Shown: one piece after another, positions 1 through 11,164 of the stretch | Layout of the letters: each line of letters begins with the position of its first letter | How positions within the stretch are numbered: the first letter of the stretch is position 1 | Assembly (NCBI GenBank): GCA_046563655.1 | Contig: CM102286.1 | Coordinates: 1,302,001-1,366,000 of the forward strand | Reading direction: 5' to 3' | Length of the DNA stretch: 64,000 bases | Source: Yuukianura sp. NJ FZ-2021 | Taxonomy: Eukaryota | Made by a program: the position numbers and the translations under genes | The notes under the pieces: model-generated | The model's input: only the letters and a program-made list of their open reading frames with translations | What the model was told of the DNA's origin: nothing | The model's database searches: none

Positions 1-365
1 GAACCGTTTTGTCTCACCCGAGTCACTTGTGGACTACTCTGATGGTCTTTACGTCGACAGAGCACAAATCTACAATCCACTATTCGACTATGTCCCACCA
101 GAACTTATTTCCCTCTTCATATTCAACATGTAAGTACATTTCAATTACTAATCGAAAGTTTACATTAGGGAGTTTGCGTTATAAACAGTTTATAGAATTT
201 ATTCTATAAATTGTTTATAACGCAAACTCCCTATTAGCTTATTTAGCTTAAAAAAACTGAACTCGGACGTTTCTTTTCAGTGGGAGCCATGCACCATCAT
301 ATATCTACAGACTGCTTCACGAAACTTATCCTCCGATTAACGATGAACAATTGCCTCAAGACTAA
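1..365 (+). CDS. EIF2B2: Translation initiation factor eIF2B subunit beta, last two exons (5' truncated by window)
   Basis: Exons <1..129 and 281..365 (GT..AG intron 130..280) translate to NRFVSPESLVDYSDGLYVDRAQIYNPLFDYVPPELISLFIFNIGSHAPSYIYRLLHETYP..., matching the conserved eIF2B-beta C-terminal FDYVPPELI/APSYIYRL motifs. Confidence 0.9.
168..231. repeat. Near-perfect 64-bp intronic hairpin, probable mini-MITE
   Basis: gggagtttgcgttataaac...gtttataacgcaaactccc is self-complementary with a ~4-nt loop and is flanked by TA on both sides. Confidence 0.7.
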
Positions 366-509
366 CGATAATCACAATTAACCTAAAAGTTGTGAAAGAT
401 GGTATGGAATATAGATTTAACTGATTTAATTCTGTAACATACAAAGTTACTCAAAATTTAAGTTTAGCGTTAGTGTTCAGTTCAGTCTAATGTTTTCACT
501 TACAATGTT

Positions 510-3500
510 TTAGTGGAGAGTTAAGCTAAAAATAGTGGTGGTCAAGGCCTGCAGTGCTTTCGTTGTTTCGTATTCCGGTGCGAGGTAATACATTTTGAGC
601 CAGCCTGTATCTTCCCCAGCATAGAACCGAATCACACCCATGTTTTCCATTGAGTGCAAGAAGTTGCGAATGACGTCCGTTGTGATCAACTCCTCTGAAA
701 ACACAGAGTGAAATACCGTATTTCCTTGCTTATAATACGCACTTATTTAATATCTTACCGTTTCGAAGAAATCCTTTTTTGAAACTGGTTTCGAGGCAAT
801 CGAAAATATGTTTCCGAAGAGTCATGTCTTCTACTCCAAAAAACGTGTCTCCTCCAGGTCCACTTACTGCTGGAATCAGCACTGTCAACACTTCCGTTGC
901 CACTCCGTAGAGATGTAAATAAGGCAGAACGAGACTTCGCTGGAACTTGAGTTTGTTCAATGCTTCGGAAGTATTGTTGACAGTAAGTCGGATGGAATGT
1001 GGTGTAACAATGATTGGATCGTCACCAGTTTCTGAGAGATCATCAAAGTGGTCAAACCACTCGTCCTGGGTGTGGGGATAGGCCTTCTTCGCCTGAAAGG
1101 TCAAAGGTCGAATAGGTCAATGCAGATTTGCTCAACATAGATTTAGTCCAAACTTCAAATCAACTCGTCAACTCACTCACCCCATCGAATTGCAGTTCGC
1201 CAAAATCTTTCATTTCCCAAAGCGTTTCGGTAATGACATCGGTCAAGTTTTTACACGGGCGATGCAACAGGAACTCTGACTTCAAGAGTTCGCCAATTTG
1301 AATTCCTTTGCAAATCACGTCACTCTCTTCAACTGAAATGGCATTGGATCGGGTAAAAGTGAGATCAGCATACATCCAAACGGAGGGTTGAACAACATTG
1401 AACAGAGCAGTTGCTAAAAGCAGAAGAACCATACGTAAAAATGATAAAACCCGAAGTTTAAACAGTTTCAAACAGTTTTAAACAATTTTTACCTGTTATG
1501 CCACGACGTGCAAACAAAGCTACAATGTGGTTTGCATAATAATTTAGTTTGAGCAATGCGGATTTTTTGGAGCAAGGTTTGAGCCAAACCTTGCCATCTT
1601 TCTTGTATTTCTGGATACATTCAGCACCCAACAGAGCAACCTAACAAACACCCATTTTCAGCGATTTTTGCAATTAGTAATTAAGTAATAAGATAATTTC
1701 AATGATATGCTTACAGATCTTTCAACAACATCCAAAGTTTCGTCAGCTGTGAATCCAAGGTCATGTTTATGAATTGTACGAATTTCAACTTCCAGAATAT
1801 CGAATTCCAAAACAAATCGGTCCATATCGACACCATCACGAAACTTTTTGAGAAGTAGGAACGATACCAAGTGGGTACACATGAAAACCGTAGATTTGTA
1901 GGCATCTGAATCAATTAATTGAAGCAAATCGTGAAAAATGGTGCATATGTTATCGAATTAATTATTATTAATTAATGTTAGGCTAATTAAATTTGAAAAA
2001 TTACCAAAGAACCCATGGTCCACAAGTGCATCAATTCCGTCAGAATCAGCCGGCGTAGGTTCCATGCAATCCGTTTCTCCATAAATTGAAGACAGAGAAG
2101 CCACTGAGCCATATTCCTCAATCCAATTAAATTCTGTTCCAGGAAGTGTCATTGCAGCTTTGTCAGTGACAGGCAAATGATACGGATCAGCTGACAAGTA
2201 ACTCTCCGGTAACTCTGCTTTTGACTTAGCAAATTGGAATTCCTGTCCAGAGAAATAAAATTCGGGATTTCAAATGCGATTAGTAATTTTCTCAAACATT
2301 TGTTCCAAATCTAATTTTCCTGGTTAACACGCGTGTTATATTCAAGGAGATACGGTAAATTGATTCAATGAAATTAGTTTTTACCCTAAGTCGAAATGGT
2401 TGTGAGAATGAAACACGAGAGAATCCAAGATTCCGAGTGAGTCGAAGTAACCATCTCCAGAACGTTGGTTTTGGTTCAGCATTAGCACTTGGGTCAACTT
2501 GTTTAGTAATCAGATCTTCTTCTGGCAGAACATCATAGTTCACACTCACTGGAATCACAATTGCGTCTTCTATTTCTCTTGTGTTGTATAACTTTTGTAG
2601 AACGCTAAAAAATTCTCCTGAACAAAACAAAAGTGTAACATTTCAATTGGCCAAATAACGGAATAACGCCAGAATCAAAATGGCAATAAATGACGTACTG
2701 CCAACGTGGTATGTTGAGGGCTTTCCACTGCGAGATCGGTGTGTTTCGATAGGAATCATAACACTATTTCCTTTGGACCAGCCGAGATGAATGTAAGAGA
2801 GGAGTGATACATTGACATCTCCGTCCAGATATCCTACTGCCGAGGCCTTCCTTCTGTCCTTACATCCTAGTCCACCAAATAACTTGGCCATCCATCTAAA
2901 ACATAAAATATAATGCATTAATATAAATTAATAAAACATTTATATAATATTTAGAAAAATGTTTTGAGTACCCTAATACTGGCGTTTGGATCAAACTGTG
3001 CGGAGCAATGAACAGTGGCGGATGTATTCCTCGGTTGAAGAGTGTCCAGGAAATGAGGAACGGATCTAAATGGCTCCTATGCAACGGAATAAAAACGACT
3101 GGAAGTCCGGTGTCAACTGCAGCTCGAACCAGTTCCAAGTCACCGAAATGAACACAAATGGCATTGAAAGAAAATGACAACATCTTGCCGAAGATCCAGT
3201 TGACAATTCTGCAACAAAAAAAAACGAATATCAAAAGAGTTTTTGAAACAAATGTAATGACTTGAGAGCATGAAGAGCAATTGAGCATTGACTAACTTTG
3301 TAACAAAGTTTTTAAGCTTGGTAGACATTTGCCTTGGTCCGAACATTTCTGTGAATCTTTGCGCAATTTGAGGATCCAGTACTCGGTTGCTAGGATTGTT
3401 GTGGGGTGGAATGTTGTACGACCTGTCGTGCTATATAAAATAACATCAGGTCACAGCAAATGCTTTTAATTGAGTTCCAAACTGATCAAGAGAAACTTAC

Positions 3501-4064
3501 CAACAATGAATTGGCAACGGTTTCCAGTTCTTCTGGTGTTATAGCCTCCATTCCATGAAACAAATTAGGTAATCCAATGTAGTGCCAAAACTCTGGCATG
3601 ATCCTGACATAAAAGGGGTTTCCCTGGTCCATCGATTGTGACAAAAAGCAACTGTGGGATCCAAGAGCCATGTAGTTAGATTGAACCACGGTCTGAAAGA
3701 CAGAACAAAACAAGAATAACTTAAGTTATCATGCCGTGTTTACTTTACATAAAGTTAGCAAAAATTAAAATAAAGCGTCACCTGTGAATTGACAATGCAA
3801 GAACGACATGCTCGATGTATCGGACGAATTCGTTCGTTGAAGACGTTATGTCCAGGTTCATTCTTAATTCTAACCAAATTGTATGTCTCGAGGTTCACCT
3901 AAACCACCAACAAATCAATTCAATTTTTAACAATTTTAACAATTAATACAGGAGTGAATGTTATGATTAATTACGTTGGATAACACTTCCTCTGCCTTAG
4001 CACGTCGCGGTGGACCGGCGTTCCTCCTTCGTGAAAATAAGCTTCGCGAAATTGTGATGTCCAT
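510..4064 (-). CDS. Glycerol-3-phosphate acyltransferase (GPAT1/GPAM-like), multi-exon
   Basis: Exon ORFs contain the HX4D motif (FIPLHRSHLD), a motif-III-like PIETHRSRSGKP and motif IV (IVIPVSVNYD), plus GPAT1-like C-terminal segments (LLKSEFLLHRPC). ATG at 4064 follows a splice acceptor; stop at 510. Internal boundaries not all resolved. Confidence 0.8.
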
Positions 4065-4115
4065 TTTCCTAAAACTAATCAAATCAAGTTGAAACACAAA
4101 TTAATTAAACATTTG

Positions 4116-4360
4116 GGTTGAGGTAAGCTTTAACGACCGTCATTGTAGCCGCACAGTGTAGCCGCTCCGCCATTTTTTGTGGCTACAATGGGTCGCTACA
4201 CTGTGTGGCAACTCATGTTGCCACTTTAGGTTAGGTTAGGTTAGGTTAAAGTGGCTACTTAAGTTGCCGCTCAGGTGTAGCCACCCATTGTAGCCACAAA
4301 AAATGGCGGAGCGGCTACACTGTGCGGCTACAATGACGGTCGTTAATCCTTACCTCGACC
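4116..4360. mobile_element. 245-bp palindromic MITE with 8-bp TSD and central (TTAGG)n
   Basis: Arms of ~110 bp are inverted repeats with GG...CC termini; TSD AACATTTG at 4108-4115 and 4361-4368; centre is tttaggttaggttaggttaggttaaa. GG termini plus 8-bp TSD fit the Merlin superfamily (inference). Confidence 0.85.
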
Positions 4361-4383
4361 AACATTTGGAAAAAATTAAGATT

Positions 4384-4526
4384 AACTAGACGGAACCCGT
4401 GATGTTTACACATCACGATGACATGGAGCAAGAGGATTTTTAACATTTTGTCAAAAATCCCCTAGCTCTTTCGTTTGACCCAACGATGACCTAGTGCTTT
4501 TAAGCATCACGGGTTTCTGGCTAGTT
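4384..4526. repeat. Short inverted-repeat element (aactagacggaacccgtgatg ... catcacgggtttctggctagtt), possibly Helitron/Helentron-related
   Basis: Imperfect ~21-bp terminal inverted repeat with ACTAG/CTAGT ends, followed by a GC hairpin ggggggcaagcccccc at ~4552-4569. Confidence 0.4.
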
Positions 4527-4597
4527 GAATAGAAAATGCATTGTCGAGGCTGGGGGGGCAAGCCCCCCCAGACCCCCCCCCCTGCTTCTGAGTTGAG

Positions 4598-5709
4598 CAC
4601 GTTATGGCCAATGGATTATTTTTTGGCCAAACTTTTTTTTCGGAGATTTTGGTCGTTTTATATTCAAAACACCTACTGGTGACCCAAATTACCGGAAAAA
4701 AATTAATTAGGCTTGAAATTTTGAAAAAAACCGAAAAAACCGAAATTCGGATATTTCGGTGTTTCTGGAACTTTTATTCGGTTTTCTCAATTGGAAAGTA
4801 TAGATTAGTGTAAAAAATGCCTAAATTCCGAATTTCAGCTTAATCGGGTGAATAATGGCGGAGTTACAGCCAAAAAACCGAATTTCGGGCTCAACTTTGA
4901 GGAGCTCTCCCGGGAGTTCCAAAGGGATATTCGAAGTATGTAAGGTGGCGTTGGAAAGGTATTCCCTTGGGCTACAAATTATCTCTTACGACTTTTTCGA
5001 ATATACCTTTGGAAATTGAGATATGTCGCCCGAAATAAAAGCGACAATTCATGGAGGGAGCTTTGCTCCAAAAGCTATAGTTGACATATTTATAATTGGT
5101 TTTAAGCATCGCATTGGGTGAAATTGTGCTAAAATTATGTTACAATACGTTATACAAGTATAAGTTAATATAAAAGTAGTAATTGAACAAGTTGGTTCAA
5201 TTATTTCGGCTTTATTTTGTTTACGATTTTCTTTCGGCAATATTAATCCCCCCATGAATTGTCGCTTTTATTTCGGGCGACATATCTCAATTTCCAAAGG
5301 TATATTCGAAAAAGTCGTAAGGGATAATTTGTAGCCCAAGGGAATACCTTTCCAACGCCACCTTACATACTTCGAATATCCCTTTGGAACTCCCGGGAAA
5401 GCTCCTCAAAGTTGAGCCCGAAATTCGGTTTTTTGGCTGTAACTCCGCCATTATTCACCCGATTAAGCTGAAATTCGGAATTTAGGCATTTTTTACACTA
5501 ATCTATACTTTCCAATTGAGAAAACCGAATAAAAGTTACAGAAACACCGAAATATCCGAATTTCGGTTTTTTCGGTTTTTTTCAAAATTTTAAGCTTAAT
5601 TAATTTTTTTTCGGTAATTTGGGTCACCAGTAGGTGTTTTGAATATAAAACGACCAAAATCTCCGAAAAAAAAAGTTTGGCCAAAAAATAATCCATTGGC
5701 CATAACGTG
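4598..5709. mobile_element. 1.1-kb non-autonomous foldback element, Transib-like (CAC...GTG, 5-bp TSD)
   Basis: ~460-bp near-identical inverted arms (4598-~5059 and ~5248-5709), ~190-bp spacer, termini CACGTTATGG/CCATAACGTG, TSD TTGAG at 4593-4597 and 5710-5714. Confidence 0.85.
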
Positions 5710-5899
5710 TTGAGATGGAATTTTTGGAAGTCTGTGCTTGGAGGAGTAATGGAAAAGGGACACCCCTGAATCTTTCCACTCTTCCACACAGAGAGTTCTT
5801 TGCACATATTAGTTTGCATGGTCATGCTATTAACATTGGGACGGAGCAACGCTCGTCAATTAGAGTATGATGCTTTGCTCCAGAAACACGACATACAAT

Positions 5900-6131
5900 G
5901 GTTGGAGTACGGCTTAACCACCGTCATTGCAGAGTGTAGCCACTTTGCGGCAATAATGTGTGGCTGCTTTTGCTGCCACTTTAGATTAAGTTAATTTAAA
6001 TTGGAGCAGCTACAAATGTTGCCCCTAGATGTAGCCGCCGCTGCTATTGTAGCGACACAGACTGCCAGGCTGGCTGCAGGCTGCAGCGAGCGGCTACAAA
6101 AAGTTTTTTACCGATAATCCTTACTTCAGCC
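5900..6131. mobile_element. Degenerate relative of the 4116-4360 palindromic MITE
   Basis: Similar ends (ggttggagtacggcttaaccaccgtcattg ... taatccttacttcagcc) and decayed centre ccactttagattaagttaa; no TSD visible. Confidence 0.6.
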
Positions 6132-6398
6132 ATTCGAGCGCCAACAGAAGCATTACTTAGTAGTTTGTTTACTTTTATTTTCTTCATTTTCCCTCCCTGA
6201 TTTCTTGGATTTCTTCAATTTCAAAACTTATCATTTAATTACTTGATTTACGATTTACCCTAGTCGTAGTCAGTCTTAAGTTGCTCTTCTGAAATACATT
6301 GTGACTTGGTCAATTAAGGTTAGTATTTTGTATATGTACACAAGGACGAAAATGTCAAAAAAAGTATCAAACAAAATTGTTCTACCTGACGTAAGTTA

Positions 6399-7733
6399 GG
6401 CTCGGTCTAAAAAGCTGCAACTTTTCCTATGTGTTAAGAGCATGGGAAAAGGCTGCAACTTTTGCCTACAGTTAGCATGGCTAAAAAGCTGCAATTTCGG
6501 AAAAGGCTGCAAGCGTTATACTAAAGTACCCAGAACACATGTTGGACATATCCCCAGAACAGATGTTGGACATGTCCCTCTGTCCGTTTGTCCTTCGCAC
6601 AAGGTTACCATAGCTACTTTATGAGGTTCTATGTCATTCTGTCCATCTGTCAGACTTACCAAAGCTACTTTATGAGTTCTATTGTCACTCTGTCCATCTG
6701 ACAAAGTTACCAAAACTACTTTATGAGTTCTATTGTCACTCTGTCCATCTGACAAAGTTACCAAAACTACTTTATGAGTTCCAATGTCACTCTGTCCATC
6801 GGACAAACGTTGACGCTTCTCCTGGCGTTCCCTAACGTCCTAACGTCCCAAACTCCAGTTTTACATTTTAAAAAAGATTTTTTTTTCTCCATGAACTTTC
6901 TAAATTTTCATGCTTACCTAACCTTGATAAAAGTAACAAAGATCTTCAAAGCCGGTCATTTACATATTAAGTGGCAGTGTTAGAAGTGAAATATTTCACT
7001 TTTCAGTGAAAAGTGAAAAAAAACTGAAACTAATTCTAAAAAACCCTAAACGAAGAAAACCTCCAAGTAAAAGAAACTAAACTAAAAAAAAACAGCTGTA
7101 GTTTTTTTTAGTTTCTTTAAATTTTTCAGTTTTTTTTCATTTATTTCAGTTTCTTTAACTGAAACGAACAAAACTACCCGACCCTTAAAAATAAAAATAT
7201 ACAACACTTAAGTGGTGATAATTATGAATAATCTAAAGATTATTTTCAGTGACATATTTATAAGATGTAAGACTTTGTAAGATGGATAAAGTGACAGTGG
7301 AACTCATAAAGTAGTTTTTGTAACTTTTTCAGATGGACAGAATGACATCGGAACTCATAAAGTAGCTTTGGTAAGTCAGACAGATGGACAGAGTGACATA
7401 GAAACTCATAAAGTAGCTTTGGTAAGTCAGACAGATGGACAGAGTGACATAGAAACTCATAAAGTAGCTTTGGTAAGTCAGACAGATGGACAGAGTGACA
7501 TAGAAACTCATAAAGTAGCTATGGTAACCTTGTCCGAAGGACAAACGGACAGAGGGACATGTCCAACATGTGTTCTGGGGATATGTCCAACATGTGTTCT
7601 GGGTACTTTAGTATAACGCTTGCAGCCTTTTCCGAAATTGCAGCTTTTTAGCCATGCTAACTGTAGGCAAAAGTTGCAGCCTTTTCCCATGCTCTTAACA
7701 CATAGGAAAAGTTGCAGCTTTTTAGACCGAGCC
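6399..7733. mobile_element. Mutator/Foldback-like non-autonomous element A (9-bp TSD)
   Basis: ~400-bp inverted arms starting GGCTCGGTCTAAAAAGC with internal 45-bp tandem repeats; TSD CGTAAGTTA at 6390-6398 and 7734-7742. Confidence 0.9.
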
Positions 7734-9553
7734 CGTAAGTTAACATTTTAACAATTTGTGTTTGAATTATTCTGTCAATCATTTTCAATTTTTAATAACA
7801 TGAATCAATGTTTAAAAAATTTTCAGCTTGCTATTTGGAGAATCCTGTCATACGCTGGAGTTGAGGAACTGACGACATGTCGTCTCGTTAATCGGCGATG
7901 GAACGACATTTCATGCCTCTTCCTCAAAACAAAAATCAAACCAATCAAATTCAAATCTTTGCGAATATTGAATCATTTCCTGTCAACAATTTCTACAGGG
8001 TCAGAGGGATGTCCACTGCAAAATTTTAAGCTGGAATTCTACAAATTCAACCTGGATACTCTAGAAGAATTCTTACAGGCAGTGAAAAATCGTGTGAGGA
8101 AATTCGAAGTGGTACATAACCACTCCAAAGTTTATCGGCAACGTCCTGACGAAGATCTTTATGTCGAATACGGACGTCGCCTCGCCCTTATTCTTCGAAG
8201 TCTGACTCAAGTGCAGTGTCTTCAAGTCAAAATTGATGGCGGATTTTTGCTTTCAGCCGACCTCGAACTCAATTTCCCGAATCTGAAACGGCTTGAACTA
8301 AATATTTCACGGACAAAAGAAAACAATGAAGTTGAAATAATTCCAAAAATTGTTAGTGCTTCGCCATCCCTAAAGGAATTGGTGCTCAACATTTCATTTC
8401 CGGGTATCTGTTTTTCAAAAGTAGCAGAAGTACTTACCTTACTGCCAGCAGGAACGGTGGTTGACCTTTCCATGTACACTTCACCTAGACATTTCCTTCG
8501 AGATCTCATTTCCGGTTATACGAAACTTCTGGAGGTGAACGCTGTTTGTTTTTCTGGCCTTTCATTACCGTTTTCTCTTTCTGGTGATCCGAAAGTTGAG
8601 CAATTACTTTGGAAGCTTTTCAGTAAAAACGCTACATCTCTTCGTACACTATTTTTAAATCAAAAACAAAATATGGAGCAAGTTGAATTGGATCATGGAG
8701 AATTGACCTTTCCCTACTGTACAACATTGTCATTGCATGAAGTTGAAGGGATGACAGAGAATTCCTTTAAACTTTTCCCAAACATCACCAAGGTTAAACT
8801 CGAGATGTCAGAAATGGTATCGGATCTGGATGTACTTGAAGTGCTTGTTTCCAAGTTGCCGAAACTGGTCGAATTGGAACTTGGGTGTATCAAGACAGCA
8901 CCTCATCACCGTCAAGCCAGCACCTCAATTTCAGCACCGTCAAGACAGCACCTCATTTCAGCACCTCAGCTCTGTGTTAAAGGATACCCCACCGTCAAGA
9001 CATCACCTCAGCACCTCAATTTTTTTTTAAAAAAGTGAGGTGTTTGGGTGCTGACTTGACGCATCCCCCCCGGTGCGTCAAGTCAGCACCTCACTTCTAG
9101 CACCTCACTCCCAATGTTAAAGGGTGCATCATAAAAATTCAATTTCAAATCTAGGATTTTTTTTCCATTCTTCTGAAAATTTTTGGGGAGACACTACAGA
9201 GACCCCTCACAACAAAAAGCAAAAAAAAATTGACCGGAAATCGAAAAATCTACGGCTCGGTCTAAAAAGCTACAACTTTTCCTGTGTTAAGAGCATGGGA
9301 AAAGGCTGCAACTTTTCCTACAATTAGCATGGCTAAAAAGCTGCAATTTCGGAGGCTGCAAGCGTTATACTAAAGTACCCAGAACACATGTTGGACATGA
9401 CAATCTGTCCGTCTGTCCGTCGGACAACGTTACCAAAACTACTTCATGCGTTCCAATGTCACTCTGTCTATCTGACAAAGTTATCAAAGCTACTTTATGA
9501 GTTCCAGTGTCACTCTGTCTATCTGACAAAGTTACCAATTTTACCAATCTGAC

Positions 9554-10425
9554 TAGGGATGCCCCGATACATCGGTTGGCCGATACATATAGGCCTATTC
9601 TTGGCCTGTTTTTTAGAATAGGTGGATCGGCCGAAAAAATTTTTGGCCAGTTAAACTGGCCTGTTTTTACCTATTCTTTTTACTCAGAAATTTATTAGAA
9701 ATTTCACGAATTTCATCGAAAAATACTGAACTAACAAATTTTAAACAAGATTTAGCTGACCTAGGATGCTGTTTTCGGTGAATTAGTGAAAAGAAAGAAG
9801 TTAAAACTGTATAAAAGGTTAACTTAATTTAAATTACACACGTGAACCCTTGTTCTCCTATTTAAAAAAAACTTGACAGAACGACGTGGTGTCATCTGTG
9901 GGCATTACTGTGTACAGTGTTGCTAGATATCCACTTTTTCAACATTTCATCCACGGCTGGATATCCAGTGGAAGAAATGGACGAAATGGATAAATCCAAA
10001 GGGGCGGAGCTTTGCCCGCAGGGTATGCATAATTTGATAATAAAGAACGGAAAAAATCAAAAACAATGCAAAAACAACCGGAAATCGTGCTAAAATAAGT
10101 TAAAATAACAAAACCAATTAAGCAAAAGCGGTTTAAATAATTAATTAAAATATTTCCTATTATTTAACTTAAATTTATTTGAAATTGGCGCTGAATTTTT
10201 GAACTCAGCTGATTTCTTCCATCCACCGTCAGTAGGACCCCATTTCATCCACTGGATATCCGGTGGAAGTGGCAATTAAGCCACTGGACGTTTAAGCATC
10301 CAGCAACACTGGTAGGAGAAAAAACCGGCCGATGTATCGGCCGATGTATAGGTTTGCCTGTTCTTGGATTTGGAAAAAAACAGGTGTATCGGGTATCGGC
10401 CAAACCAAGAATCGGGGCATCCCTA
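9554..10425. mobile_element. hAT-like MITE nested in element B
   Basis: TIR TAGGGATGCCCCGAT / ATCGGGGCATCCCTA; 8-bp TSD AATCTGAC at 9546-9553 and 10426-10433; subterminal ggccgat/atcggcc repeats. Confidence 0.88.
9915..10311. mobile_element. Small TIR element nested in the hAT MITE
   Basis: Ends CAGTGTTGCT.GAT / ATC.AGCAACACTG with tggatatcc subterminal repeats; only GTA is repeated on the flanks, no 8-bp TSD. Confidence 0.6.
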
Positions 10426-10555
10426 AATCTGACAAATTTTAACTTATTAATAATCTAAATACATAATTGGCAAGGCAGATAAATGTTTGACTAAAACTCC
10501 TTCTCCAATAAAATATTTATTATGATAAAGGGAAATCAATTGTTACTATGAATAC

Positions 10556-10705
10556 TACAAGGACCATACCCTGCATAACATACCAGAGACGTAATTCTCA
10601 GATGTCATGCGCGAAGGGGCCATTGCACTGCGGTCTACCGTGTTGCCCGGTACTAATGACGACGGCAGGGCGAAACCGTATTAACTTGTGATTCTTTGCT
10701 TTTTT
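10556..10705 (+). ncRNA. Candidate structured, 5S-rRNA-like Pol III RNA inside element B
   Basis: GC-rich island in AT-rich DNA; 5S-like GACCATACC near the 5' end and GTACT..ATG..GAC.GC..GCGAAACCG near the 3' end; end pairing acaag/cttgt; internal stems; T6 run at 10700-10705. Confidence 0.35.
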
Positions 10706-11164
10706 ATTTAAGAATTCTCAATTCCATAATTGGCAAGTCTGACATTTGGACAGAGACAATGGAACTCATAAAGTAGCTTTGATAACTTTGTCAGATGGAC
10801 AGAGTGACATTGGAACTCATAAAGTAGCTTTGATAACTTTGTCAGATAGAGTGACATTGGAACGCATAAAGTAGTTTTGGTAAGGTTGTCCGACGGACAG
10901 ACGGACAGAGGGTCATGTCCAACATGTGGTCTGGGTACTTTAGTATAACGCTTGCAGCCTCCGAAATTGCAGCTTTTTAGCCATGTTAATTGTAAGGAAA
11001 AGTTGCAGCCTTTTCCCATGCTCTTAACATATAGGAAAAGTTGCAGCTTTTTAGACCGAGCCGTTGATTTTTTGATTTCCGGTCATTTTTTTTTGCTTTT
11101 TGTTATGAGGGGTCTATGTAGTGTCTCTCCAAAAATTTTCAGAAAAATGGAAAAAAATCTTTAA

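Noticed and set aside
4604..5849. ORFs 4604-4813 and 5493-5849 with near-identical translations
   Set aside because: Mirror products of the inverted arms of the Transib-like element; no transposase motifs.
6620..6805. 45-bp repeats (also 7280-7520, 9420-9540, 10745-10900) as a CRISPR array or repeat protein
   Set aside because: Head-to-tail tandem units with no unique spacers, inside transposon arms in a eukaryotic context; the ORFs are repeat artefacts.
10616..10640. ggccATTGCACTGCggtc resembling U1 snRNA stem-loop II
   Set aside because: No ATACTTACCTG 5' end, stem-loop I or Sm site in the expected positions.
10650..10680. ctaatga...cgaaac resembling a hammerhead ribozyme core
   Set aside because: Core reads CUAAUGA rather than CUGAUGA, and no convincing stems I-III with a cleavage triplet were found.
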